NCBI RefSeq assembly: GCF_964213995.1
Contig: NC_135824.1
Coordinates: 7,378,001-7,442,000, forward strand
DNA from: Mustelus asterias
Taxonomy: Eukaryota
DNA: 64,000 nt
Reading direction: 5' to 3'
Part shown: in pieces, positions 47,886 to 60,965 of the stretch
Position numbering within the stretch: position 1 is the first letter of the stretch
How the letters are laid out: each line of letters starts with the position of its first letter
Program-made: the position numbers and the translations under genes
The notes under the pieces: model-generated
The model's database searches: none
What the model saw: the letters and a program-made list of their open reading frames with translations, nothing else
Told to the model about the DNA's origin: nothing

Positions 47886-49820
47886 CTTTTTTGATAACTT
47901 GGGAATTGGGTTCAGCGATTGAGTTACTGGATAGGTCAACATATTCCACAGATGTGCAATGCCAAAAGTGAGAGGATCAGACCTTTTCATGGTTTTAGTA
48001 AAAGGAAGAGGTCCTTTAGCCCCCTGAATGCATTCTGCCGTTCAGTGAGATTATGGCTGACCTGCAATTTAACTCCATTTATCCGCCTTTCATCCATATC
48101 CCTTGGATTGTTGTAATCCAAAGATATTATCAGTCTCAGATTTCAAATTTACACATAATTTGTTCCTAATCTTAGTTTGATTTGGCTGGGGGAAAGGCAG
48201 CAAACAATTGAGCAGCTTCCTGCATCTTAACACGGAGCTGGAGAATTGTACATCTGTGCCAAATATACAATTAATATCCCAGTCTGTTTAAAAAGGATAC
48301 ACTTGCACTATTTCATAGAGTTTACTTGGGAGGAAAGAGTAGGAGTAAAACTGTGGTGCCTTGCATGAAGAATTGGCTTTTTCTGTATATGGTAGGTGAA
48401 GCCAATAAATCCTTACTGAGATGTTCAAACATTGTGCTATTCTCAGGAATGCAGTTTATATGCTCATGCTGCTGACCTCTGACACGCTGTCGTATGGTTC
48501 AGTGATTGGCAGGAGCTTACAGATGAAAAGTAGAGGTTTGTGCTCAGTAAAGCAAATGTTTGTTGTGGAAACTAACCACTGCTGCAAAAACTTGTTTCAT
48601 CACTTCAGCTACAAAGATTCAGAAAAACACAATTCGGACTGAACGCTGCCTCGAGTGAGCAAGGAAAGAATACAAAGACAAATTAGGGTCTGATTTCCCC
48701 AAATGCCAATAGTCCTTCGTTCCTCACCCAGTGGTTGTTCTTCATGTGAGAGTCTAACCGGAAAGCTATTTGATTGTTGAAGTGCATCATAGCTAAGTCC
48801 GATTGTGTTCTTTCACACTATTTTCTAACTAGGTTCTGAGTATTGATTAGCAGGGGGAGCCCTGCTTGACTATTCTCTACGCTAACACCAGTTTTGCCCA
48901 CAACTGCTTGAGCCACATCAGCTAACCTCAGACCCAGGACCTTTGTGGCCTGTCTGGTCATGTTGGACAAGAATATTTCTTTCACACTTGTGTTAAGTAG
49001 GGGAAAAGTAGCAGCTGTGAGACACAGTAGCTTTATCAGCTGGGTCAGTTTTAATTGTGATGTGAATAACATCGTGGTCGTGAGGCTCATTAAATGCTGT
49101 ATATTGAGCACAATATGCTATGGCAACATAGTACATGGCTTGTTATGCTTTGATATTGGTGTGTTATGTTGTTAGAAACAGGGCAAAGGTTTGCTGACAT
49201 TAAATATATTTTAATCTCATTCACTGGTATTACACTCGACAATTACTTTATAAATATTTTTAGAAAATTATTTAATTTCCTTAAATTGGCATTGAAATTG
49301 TTCTGAAATGTTATCTATCCGACAGATGTAGAACATCTTGCTGCAAGACAGTGACTAATACAAATGCTGCAACATGGACCCTGTACCAGTTCACAGTTTT
49401 AATGTGTGCGGAATGCTGTATCATTCATGATATATGCTAGCACTACATTTAAAGATGAACTCTTCCATTTTACATAAAAAAATGTTGGATACTGGTGAGC
49501 AGTGAATGATTATTGAAGAAGAGCAGTAAAATTGAGTAAGGGATCTAAGAGTAATAGATGCCACTTTCAGCACTAGACAATGCGGTGAAAGTAATTAATG
49601 TTAATGGAATACTAGAGCATATCCCCAGAAACACAGAATGTAGTGTACCAATGTTGGGCTAAGGCTTTGTAATACACCGATCAGGCTATACTTAAAGTAC
49701 AATCTTCAATTTAGGTCAGCGCACCACAAGCAGAAGATGAAAAAATGATACAGGAAATAGCAATAAGACTGATCCCAAGTGTCAAGGAGATGAGCTGCAA
49801 ATTAAAGATTAGCAAAGATT

Positions 49821-50162
49821 GGGCGGCACGGTAGCACAGTGGTTAGCACTGCTGCTTCACAGCTCCAGGGTCCTGGGTTCGATTCCCGGCTCGGGTCACT
49901 GTCTGTGTGGAGTTTGCACATTCTCCTCGTGTCTGCGTGGGTTTCCTCCGGGTGCTCCGGTTTCCTCCCACAGTCCAAAGATGTGCGGGTTAGGTTGATT
50001 GGCCAGGTTAAAAATTGCCCCTTAGAGTCCTGTGATGCGTAGGTTAGAGGGATTAGCGGGTAAATATGTAGGGGTAGGGCCTGGGTGGGATTGTGGTCGG
50101 TGCAGACTCGATGGGCCGAATGGCCTCCTTCTGCACTGTAGGGTTTCTATGATTTCTATGAA
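49821..50162 (+). mobile_element. Young HE1-like V-SINE subfamily copy
   Basis: CpG-intact; about 4 substitutions relative to 62023-62360. Confidence 0.92.
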
Positions 50163-50397
50163 TGCTTAAGAAGTCCAGAAAGTAGGTCCATGTCTTTTTT
50201 TCTCTCCTCGTCTATCGTTGCAGGTTGAAAGGATTAGTTGCATGCTAATGAAGGTGATGTTGCTTGTACTCTTCAGCAGAAGTGAAATTGAGCAATGTAG
50301 GTAAGCAGTTCATGAAAGCAGCTCACCACCACCTTCTCAAGGGCGATAAATGCTGGCCCAGCCATTGATGTCCACATCCTGTAAACTAATACCAAAA

Positions 50398-51875
50398 CGC
50401 TTCTTGAGGCATAACTGATTAACAGTCAACCCATAGCGATAGAAGATGTATAAGGGAAACAAAATTGGTATTTCACACACTACAGATAAAAAAGGAAGCT
50501 ACAAAAATGATAAACCTGAAACAAAAAAATTAAAATGTGTGAAGTACTAGGCATGTCAGCCAGCATCTGTAGACCAAACCATTGCTAATGTCTGGTTGTA
50601 GGACACGTAAAGCTGTCTTACATATTGTGAAGTTTCAGCATTATCTGTTTTTGAAGCATTTCAAATGTTGGGTGGCAATGCCAACTCATTGCAGTTCATC
50701 AAAAATCAGTTGATAACCTGGAATTGTTTGACTTTACATCACCTATTGACGTTTTTGAGGATTTTTATTTATTAACTGTACAAAAAAAGAAATTATTTGG
50801 ATGGGTGGGTGGTTATGATAACTGATCTTTCTGCTCTGGGTGTAGATGTTGTTGTTGGAAGCCAGCAATATAGTCCTCCTGGTAACATAATCCCAATCAG
50901 TGGAGTAAGAAGCTATTTTAGTCTCAAAGCTGCCTGTGGTTTTGAATTTCCTCTTGATCAATTCAGTTTTCCTCAGGAAGGTGTAAAGGTTTCTTCAGTG
51001 AACTCCCTTTCTTATTTACAAAAATCTATACAGTACATTTGCTTAAGTGAGTCAGATAACCTACTCTTGTTCAGCTTGCAGCTTTCGAACTTTCGACTCC
51101 TTTATTTACTGTAAATTTTTGATTCAGTATTTTTCCACTTATGCAAATTTATTTGAACCATTTTTATTGAGTCTGTTTCTATTCTACACTCTTTGTGGAG
51201 TTATAGATGCCAGTAAAGAATGTAGTTAAATGCTTGTACTAATGCCCTCTTTATATTATAGAACACCTCCCATTTAAATTGTTTTATTATGCTTGAGACA
51301 TCAGGAGTATACAATCAACCTGATGTACATTCAATACGCAGAGTTATAATTACAATTTTAATTTCTTGGCTGTGAATCTTCCCTCATGTCTAGGTTAGGC
51401 CTGTATGGGCAGATTGCCTGCAGGTAGCCAGAAAATGTACTGGCCAAAACGGACGAATATTTATCTTTATCAGCTCTGTATCTTGGAGTCTGGGAAAATC
51501 ACCTACTGGGTTTGTTGATTCTGCAGGTGCTTTGCTTCATTTATATTACAATTCTGCCAGAGAAGTTAGAGTTGCTATTAGTGACCGCACTGTAATATAA
51601 ATGGTCCACAAGCATTATCCACAAACAGATAATGCTGAAACTTCACAATATGTAAGAAAGCTTTACGTGTCCTACAACCAGACATTAGCAATGGTTTGGT
51701 CTACAGATGCTGGCTGACATGCCTAGTACTTCACACATTTTAATTTTTTTGTTTCAGGTTTATCATTTTTGTAGCTTCCTTTTTTATCTGTAGTGTGTGA
51801 AATACCAATTTTGTTTCCCTTATACATCTTCTATCGCTATGGGTTGACTGTTAATCAGTTATGCCTCAAGAAGCG
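50398..51875. repeat. 253-bp inverted repeat (arms 50398-50650 and 51623-51875, 972-bp spacer)
   Basis: The arms are reverse complements, with one mismatch seen (aaagctGtcttaca vs aaagctTtcttaca). Confidence 0.92.
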
Positions 51876-52392
51876 CTTACAAGGTAGGGTAAATATCACA
51901 TAAAATGTAGTCCTTTAATTTTGTCAGTCTCCCGAATTTGGAAAATTCAATGTTCATTATATTAAGAAAACTGCACAGGGAACATTAACTTTCAATGGCT
52001 GTGATCAGTAATTTAAAAATGTCAATCTTAATCCCTTTACAGGTGTAAATGGATCCTGTGAACTGTACTTCAGGTTACAAACATATTGTTCCAATGAGCT
52101 AAATTTTATCTTGTAACTTTTTCATAAGTTAATATAGCTAACAATAGTTGCATTTGCACCTGGTAATGTATCTTGCCTTTCTGTTTCTTGGTAACTGGCA
52201 TCTCTCACTATTGGGACTGTTCTCAATTTCAGTTTCTCTTATTGGTTTTCCACAGTCAATGCCTTAAATATCACTTTCTAATTAATATTCTCAGTGGGAG
52301 CTGGACTTCTCCATATCCCGATTTGAATAACTATGTCACTGTTTCAGCATGCTTCCCACCCAACTCGGTGGTATCAACAAGCTTACAAATGC

Positions 52393-52707
52393 GATGGCAC
52401 AGTGGTTAGCACTGCTGCCTCACAGCGCCAGAGACCCGGGTTCGATTCCTGGCTTGAGTCACTGTCTGTGTGGATTCAGCACAGACAGTGACTCAAGCCG
52501 GGAATCGAACCACGTGTCTGTGTGGGTTTTCTCTGGGTGCTCTGGTTTCCTCCCACAGTTTGAAAGATGTGCTGGTTAGGTGCATTGGCCAAGCTAAATT
52601 CTCCCTCAGTATACCTGAACAGGCACTGGAATTGGTGACTTGGGGATTTTCACTGTGACTTCATTGCAGTGTTAATGTAAGCCTACTTGTGACAATAATA
52701 AAATAAA
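52393..52707 (+). mobile_element. V-SINE type B with an internal inverted duplication
   Basis: Homology to 6674-6975; 32-bp hairpin at 52439-52511. Confidence 0.85.
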
Positions 52708-53289
52708 TGATATTTAACTATCTTGTATTGTCCAGTTTTACTAAACTCCTTACCTGTGGATGCTCAATGTGCAATTCCAGGGAACTCCCAGTAGCTGATG
52801 ATTCTAGTTTGCTGTAATAATGTCTACATATAATTGCATTCCTACCATATAACATGTGATCAGTTACTGCCAATTTTCAGTTTCACACTTCAGATTTTGT
52901 CAGTAGTTATGTGTGTGATATTTGCTCACATCCTTTTTTAGACTGTGTAACTATGTTTGATCCATTAGCTTCCATGTTGAAGTATACCATCAGTCAGTAA
53001 TACACACCTACACTTTCATTAAAAGTCTAAACATTCCTGGAGGTGGTTTCTCCTGCAATTATCTGATTCTACAGATGATGGCCACCCTATTGGTACCTTG
53101 TTGTTCTTGATGTGTAGCTTAGTGAGTGTTGCTGGATTCTTTGGCCATTGGACACACAGTTGAGCCCAGTCCTGTCACTTTGCCCTTGTACTTTGTACAC
53201 TTTGTATCATGTCTGACTTGGCAGCATTCCAGTTGACTTTAACTTAACTAGAGCCCAAATTGTAGTATGCCAATTTTTGCTGCCGTTGA

Positions 53290-54425
53290 TATTTGATTTA
53301 TTATTGTCACATGTAATTAACATACAGTGAAAAGTATTGTTTCTTGCAGACAAAGCATATCGTTCATAGAGAAGGAAAGGAGAGAGTGTAGAATGTAGTG
53401 TTACAGTCGAAGCTAGGATGTAGAGAAAGATCAACTTACTGCAAGGTAGGTCCATTCAAAAGTCTGACAGCAGCAGGGAAGAAGCTGTTCTTGAGTCGAT
53501 TGGTATGTGACCTCAGACTTTTGTATCATCTTCCAGAAGGAAGGAGGTGGATGCGTGGGGTCCTTAATTATGCTGGCTGCTTTGCCGAGGCAGCGGGAAA
53601 TATAGACAGAGTCGATGGATGGGAGGCTGGTTTGCGTGATGGGTTGGGCTTCATTCACGACCTTTTGTAGTTCCTTGCGGTCTTAGGTGGAGCAGGAACC
53701 ATACCAAGCTGTGATATCACCAGAAAGAATGCTTTCTATGGTGTATCTGTAAAAGTTGGTGAGAGTCATAGCTGACATGCCAAATTTCCTTAGTCTTCTG
53801 AGAAAGTAGAGGTGTTGGTGGACTTTCTTAACTATAGTTTCGGCATGGGGGGACCAGGATAGGTTGTTGGCGATCTGGACATCTAAAAACTTGAAGCTCT
53901 TGACCCTTTTTACTTTGTCCCCGTTAATGTAGACAGGGGCATGTTCTCCTTTATGCTTCCTGAAGTCTATGAAAATCTCCTTCGTTTTGTTTACGTTGAG
54001 GGAGAGATTATTGTTGCCGCACCAGTTCACCAGATTCTCTATCTCATTCCTGTACTCTGTCTTGTCATTGTTTGAGATCCGACCCACTACGGTGGTGTCG
54101 TCAGCAAACTTGAAAATCGAATTGGAGGGGAATTTAGCCACACAGTCATAGGTGTATAAGGAGTATAGTAGGGGGCTGAGAACTCAGCCTTGTGGGGCAC
54201 CGGTGTTGAGGATGATCGTGGAGGAGGTGTTGTTGCCTATCCTTACTGATTGTGGTCTGTGAGTTAGGAAGTTCAGGATCCAGTCACAGAGGGAGGTGCT
54301 GAGGCCCAGGCCATGGCGTTTGGAGATAAGTTTTGTGGGAGTAGTAGTGTTGAAGGCTGAGCTGTAGTCAATAAATAGGAGTCTGACATAGGTGTCCTTG
54401 TTATCTAGATGTTCTAGGGTTGAGT
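53290..54425 (-). mobile_element. Rex1/Babar-clade LINE, RT C-terminal half plus 3' UTR
   Basis: [71 protein letters not shown]. Confidence 0.9.
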
Positions 54426-54877
54426 CTGAGCTCAGAGGGCTGAGATTGGCCAGCTCAGTCAGCACAATTAGGTATTGGTCCAAGGAATGTCTGGTCTATT
54501 GGTGATTTTGCTTTGTCATTTTCATTTATAGCTGCTTTTATGAGGAGATCTGCTCTCATGATATGTCATGCGCCAACCTCGCAGATCCACTATAGCTCGT
54601 CTACAACTGCACTACGGTGTCCGTTATTCAGCTACTCCTAGGTGAACCCCCCTTTCTGCTGCCCTCATATTTACCCTCGTGACCTCTGTAGTATTTCAGC
54701 TCTGATGGAATGGTTGAAATTCTGACGCATCCTTTTCTAGATCTTATTTCTGAGTTTTTCAATTTCGAAGCACCTCTGCAAAGGTCTAATGATCTATGCC
54801 TGGAATCAGATTACCAAGGCAGTTTTTGTACCTCAGTCAATCATGTTTACCCTGCAAAAAGCATTTCCATTACTCTC

Positions 54878-55220
54878 ATAGGATCCCTGTAGTGCACAAG
54901 GAGGCCATTTGACCCATCAAGTCTGCACTGACAACAATCCCAACCAGGCCCTGTCCCCATAACTTCATCTCACCCAGGCCCTATCCCCGTAACTCCGTGT
55001 ATTTACCCACTAATCGCCCTGATACTAAGGGGCAATTCAGCACTGCCAATCCACTTAACCTGCACATCTTTGGACTGTGGTAGGAAACTGGAGCATCTGG
55101 AGGAAACCCATGTAGACATGGGGAGAACATGCAAACTCCACACAGGCAGTGACCTGAGGCCGGAATTGAACCCGGGTCCCTGGTGCTGTGAGGTAGCAGT
55201 GCTAACCACTGTGCTGCCCT
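54878..55220 (-). mobile_element. HE1-like V-SINE
   Basis: Reverse complement of the 3822-4132 type, with a small internal tail duplication. Confidence 0.88.
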
Positions 55221-56459
55221 GTTATTCTGTTAGCAGAACAATAAAACCAGCATTTCATGGATATGCTATTGTATCCCCAGTGTAAGGCAACCAGTATTTA
55301 GCAATGCTAACTGTGTGGTGCTGGTACAGGGATGGTTTTCTTCTGCAGTCAAAAATAAATAAAGACGTCCTTAGTATTCCACCAGGTGATGGCTTTATGC
55401 AATAAGCATTTAGTGGGTAGCTTATGTAAATTGAGTTGATTTAAGTGAAAGCTTTTGGGTGGCCAAAAGCAGATTCTAAATGCTCATCCATTATGATCTT
55501 ATCTGTGTGCCTCTTCCTCCCCTCGAGCATTTATTTTCAACCTGATTTCAGGGGCTGTGTTTGGAAAAGTTTACTGCTTATTCACAGATCGTTGACTGGT
55601 ATAATTAGGAAACAATTAACTTTTTGACCACCTTCATAGGCAGCATTTTAATTAACATTGTGGATGCCGCTTGCACTGATTGGAAGAACTCTGACGTGAC
55701 TTCAGATGATCAAAGCAACTAAAAATAAATCAACCCAAAAATTACTCCTGGGCCTCAAATATTGATTTGATTTTTAGACATTCAAATGTTGCTCATTTAG
55801 GTTAGAAATGGATCCCATTCATCTGTGATTTATAAAATTATGTACTTAGTTAATTTTCACTGTTTCAAAGCAGTGTATGTTTTTAGTTGTTTGTGTCTCT
55901 CCCTTCCCTATTCCCCTATGTGACATCTGTAGCTTATGTTAATGGCAGCAGCTTTTAACACTCATTCAAACCACAACTATTGCAATAGAACAACAGAGTA
56001 CTTTAGAGTGCACTGGAGAGAGAGTAAAGCAAAATCTTTGCTTAAGCTGCAGACAAAGCCAGCCACTGCTGCATTGATTAATGGCTTCAATCTTTGAAGG
56101 TGAGGAGGAAGCGAACTGTATGCAAACAACAGCTTTTGTATTGAAGGTAATATGACTAAAATGGAATATGTTACTGGATTGGAATCTGTATTTATTCCTA
56201 TTAGAACCAGAAATGTTTCCTTTTTAATCGCGATAATTGGGCACCGGTCAACATTCAGTAAAATCAGAATGGAAGAGGACTTGTTTAAATTTCCAAGTGC
56301 TTGAAATTGCTTTGAAGCGGCATAACAACTCAGACTTGAATCTCAGCTAGTCCAGTCCGAGCTAGTGTGGTCTGAATGGTTACTAAGCCAATGATTTTTG
56401 TAAATGTGTGTATGTCTGTATAAAAATGCACATTTGAGTAATGTGCCTCATGTATACTC

Positions 56460-56655
56460 AAGGTTTTGTGAGAGGGAAATCATGTTTACCCAATTTATTG
56501 GTGTTGTTTGAAGAAGAAACACATACTATAGATAAAGGGGAATTGGTGGATGTGCTGTATTTAGAATTCCAGAAGACATTTGATAAGGTGCCACATCAAA
56601 GATTATTGGAGATAGGTTGCAATGCGGAGTTGAGGTTACAGTCAGATCAGCCATG
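56460..56655 (+). mobile_element. CR1-like RT fragment
   Basis: GFVRGKSCLPNLLVLFEE..DKGELVDVLYLEFQKTFDKVPHQRLL. Confidence 0.8.
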
Positions 56656-57087
56656 TTCTCATTGTTCGTGTGTATGTTTGTCATTGCTAATTTTATGCTC
56701 GTCATTGCTAAGTTTATGTCAGCTTGGGCTTTGGTGGTTTGACTTGAATGCAGCTACTGGTGAGCGTTGAATAATATAGACTGAAATATTATAGCGTGTA
56801 GTCTTGCTGGTTTGCTTTGGGTGTTAGTGAAAGATTGCACAGCATTTAATTGGAGGCTTTTCTAGATTAGTTACCTTCTTTATGATTACATTTTCTAGGG
56901 TTTGAGAATGGAGCAAATAGAAAATCAGAGTTGGAAAGAGTCTTATTTGGTCAATTGACTTACTCTTGCTCCATATTTCCCTGGATCACAAAATATTGCC
57001 ACACTATTTTGGCTACTTAGTCTTTCTTAAAGGTAGGTAACATAATGAGAGGGCAGTTGCTTTATTTTGTTTATACGTAAAAGTTTA

Positions 57088-57730
57088 GAAGCTGTGGTTC
57101 AGTTGTTTGCCATCTCATCTGAATCAGCAGGTTGTGGGTTCAAGTCCAATTCTAGGATTTGAGTGTAAAACTCTAGGCTGACAATCCAGTGCGGTAGTGA
57201 GCGATTTCTGACACTGTTGGAGGTGCTGTCTTTCAGATGAGAAATTGAACTGAGGCATCGTCCATGTTCAGATGAATGTAAACAATCCAGTGCCACTATT
57301 TTGAAGTCTCACAACACCAGGTTAAAGTCCAACAAGTTTATTTGGAAACACAAGCTTTCGGAGACTCACCCGATGAAGGAACAGGACTCCGAAGGCTCGT
57401 GGTTCCAGATAAAGCTGTTGGACTTTAACCTGGTGTTGTGAAACTTCTTACTGTGCCCACCCCAGTTCAACACTGGCATCTCCACCTTGTGACTATTTTG
57501 AAAAACAGGGGAGTTATTCCTGATGTCCTGGCCAATATTTGTCCCGCAATCAACATCAGAACAATGAATATTTAGTCATTATCACATTGCTGTTTATGGA
57601 ACATTGCTGTGCATAAGTTGGTTGTCGCATTTCCTATATTGTAAATGTGACAATACAATCAGAAGTACTTCATAGACTGTGAAGTGCTTTGGGACATTTG
57701 TTGGTTATTAAATGCATGACATAAACTGTA
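57088..57730 (+). mobile_element. DeuSINE (SacSINE1-like), interrupted by a Penelope-A hairpin element
   Basis: Head similar to 38820; Deu-core cactgttggaggtgctgtctttcagatgaga...tcctggccaatattt. Confidence 0.75.
57306..57491. mobile_element. Hairpin mini-element of inverted Penelope-A termini with a decayed hammerhead (57367-57401)
   Basis: Inverted arms ~57304-57363 and ~57387-57447; ACTATTTTGAA duplicated at 57295-57305 and 57492-57502. Confidence 0.8.
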
Positions 57731-60539
57731 TATTTGGAGGGAGATGGTGATATAGTTGTAATGTCGCTGGACTAGTAATAAGAAGCCCAGGTTAGTGCTT
57801 TGGGGACATGGGTTGAAATAATGGTGACCATGACAACTATCATTGCTTGTTAAACCTATCTGGTTCACTGATGCTGTGTAGGGAGCGAACTCTGCCATCC
57901 TTAGCTAGTCTGCCTACATGTGACTCCAGACCTATAGCAAATTTGTTGTTTGTTGTCATCTGAAATGGCCTAGCAAGCCACTCGGTTCAAGGGCATTTGG
58001 GGATAGGCAACAAATGCCGGCCTTGTGAGCGACACCCGCATCCCATGAAAGAGTAACGCAAGTGTTTTTATTAAATTAAAAACCTACTTCAGGCTAAAAC
58101 TTTATTCTCAGTTTTATTTCCTAAATAATTTGGAAACAGTCTGGAGAATTTTTAGGGGAAGTTTTTTGAGCCTCATGTGTTTTTTGTTGCATGAGAGGCA
58201 GGTAACCACAGAACTTGTCCTCTATTCTGGTTATACTGAGAATTCCGACAAATTGCTCACATTTATGCAGATGCTGTGAATAAAGGAAACTATTTTTAGG
58301 AAGTAAATAACAAAAAAATTTGAATTTAAATTTTTATGTTCGAAAGAGGGAGTGGCTGTATAACTCCTATAAATGTCTTTGCAAATTATTTCACTTGAAA
58401 TTTCAGCAAACCCCCCCTTTTCTTTTGAAACAATGAAATTCAAGCTGCCTTCCACTGAGTCTTCTCTCAATTTGGTTTCTTTTGTTAACCCTTGGACTTC
58501 TTCGACTCTGCACCAACATTCCAACTGATCTATTTAGTCTTTATTGTGTATCTTCGAAATCGACAAAGATGAGAACAACGTAGTTTATCAGAAAAGAAAC
58601 ATAATTCTGTTAATTTAACATTCATAAAAAAGGACAAGTGAGGAAAATTTTCAAGTATTATAAACTAGAATATAGAATGTTATCTATTGAGTTGTCCAAT
58701 AACCCTAATATCTTAAAAAAAATATTTGCTCGGGCTCCGTGAGCTCTGGTGTTGGATAATCATTGGATAGCTGGGCTGATTTCCTGTCTGTCATGTTATG
58801 GTACCCTATGTCACACTTCTGTTACATTTAACTGAGGGTAACATTTCTTACACCTGTTTGGCTTTCATGTAAATTTCATTCTAAACGGTTGCCTCTACAG
58901 GTGAATTCAGTTTTATAATACAGAATGGCATCACAGTTGAATGTAGAGAGCAGTAATGTCAACGCATTTATAGATAAGACGAGCATAAATCAGTGAAAAA
59001 TTAACACTAATGATTGTTATTACCCAGACCTAATCCCTCTAAAGAGACTCGTGTTATGATCGCTGTAGAGACTGATAACTTGTAAAAAGAGACTTGAACA
59101 TCCAGCTATTGACTGAAAGAATAACACACAAGATTTCACATTTTAAAATTTTTACTGCACCAAATGCCTAAAAAAATTGACTAAACGCTATTTCCTTTTT
59201 GTACGTAACATATTCCTTAAACTACAGAAAGTGACACTCCCTTTGTGCTTGTCACCCATTACATCCTCCATGAAATTACTGATCTTCTAGCAAACAGTCC
59301 ACAGTTGTTCCTAACTTCTGATTGGTTCCTGTATACTCGCTTTGCTGAGTAATAATTTAGTGACTGTTGCCATGCGCTTTCCTTAATTTTTGGAGTGTTC
59401 CTTAAATGCACCATCAGCGGTAAAGCCTGTTCTGATTCTTTCCCTTGGCCATACCGAAACAAATTCCCTGGAATCCATAGGAGGCTGCAGGATGTGTCTC
59501 TTTGATTACAAACTGTCCCCCTCCTGCATCTAGCTGTGGTAGCTTGCAAGTCAAGCAGCCTTTTCCTTTTGTTGACTATGGGTCCATCTGTGATATTTAT
59601 TGATTTGTAGGGAAGCCTGTGATTTGATCCAAAAAAAATGGCTTCCCTCTGCCCCCTTCCCAGCGCAACATGAAACTATTAACCTGTATCTGGGTAGAAC
59701 TGCTAATTTGCTACTTGAGATCCAACTGTCTTTCAGCTTCAAAATAATTGGACAGTTTACAGTGCAACTGTTTGCAACTCAATACTTTCAACACCTTTCT
59801 GGGACTTTGGGAGACTCAGAATCTACTCATTTTATTACTGCCATTGTCTCCCAAGTGTAAATACCTTGCACTGTCTTCCCAGTAAAACTTTTATTTGATC
59901 TCTCTCAATTAAACCACACCCACGCTTGCTGTCAGGTAGACTCCAGAGCAGGTCATATGGCCCCTTTCGTTTACCCTAAATTTAAAACTACTGTCCCAAC
60001 ACAGCCATCTTATAAACCTCATAATTTGAACAGTTCTGGCTACTTTGCCTTCTTTCCCTGTGGGGCTGGTCTGCAGCTGCATCACTTGCCTCCATTCCTT
60101 TCTCTCCTGTTCATTTTCCCTACTAAAGCTATAGTCAGGATGTCATTTTTTTCTCAAATCTGGTTCCTTCCTCTGTTTGATTTTATATATAACTTTCCCC
60201 AATTTGATTATCTTTGTGCTCAGCTGTGGTTGCGTGACCAACAGTCTCAGAAATCAAAATGTAATCAATGCAGAAGAGCAAGGGAGAAAAGCAATAGAAA
60301 ATTAAAGTTCTGATGAAGTAGGAAACCCATTTGTAAAATAAAATGGAAAGCACTACAAACTAAATCACTAAGAAAGCATCATGTGACTAACTCTCTGCCT
60401 AAATGGACATATCCACAATAGCAGAATAAATCTGTATGAGCTTCCTATACAGACACTCCTGTCTTTATAACAATTTAGAAATTGTGTCAAGGAATTAGAG
60501 GGTGCAGAGGGGATCGACTTAAATACTGCAAGGGAATGC

Positions 60540-60965
60540 AGTTAGTGGAGAGATTAGAGATACGTGAGATGCTTCACCTTTCAACGAAGAAAGTTAAAGA
60601 AAGGTTTAATTGAGGCTTTCAAAATTGTGATGGTTCTTGATAAAGTAAGGAGAAATTGTTCCCACTGGCAGTAGGGTTGGAAGCCAGAGGACACAGATTT
60701 ACTGTAACTGGCAAAAGAGTCAAAAGGTAAGGTGAGAACTTTATGCAGAGAGTTGTGATCTGCAATGGACCACCTGAAAGTGTGGCGGAAACCTTTGGTG
60801 GATTCAATAATAACTTTCAAAAGGGAATTGTATATTTGCTTGATGGGCAGAAAATTGCAGGGCCATAGGGAAAGAATGGGGGATTTGAACTAATTGGATA
60901 ACTCTTTCAAAGAAGCAGCATGATTAAGGTGGGTTGAATACAGCTCCAATGCTGCAAAATTCTAT
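60540..60965 (+). mobile_element. Old CR1-like 3' fragment
   Basis: Degenerate gatttaattgaggctttcaaaat..agaggacacagatt..tttatgcagagagttgt..ctttcaaaagggaatt. Confidence 0.6.

Noticed and set aside
48640-48960. Possible ancient LF-SINE-like remnants (also ~6350-6620, ~30320-30620, ~62680-62830)
   Set aside because: Too diverged to assign by eye.
50398-51875. Interpretation as a Tc1/foldback transposon with long TIRs
   Set aside because: No TSD, no transposase remnant, and the arm contains older repeat debris. Local duplication is preferred, pending a copy-number search.
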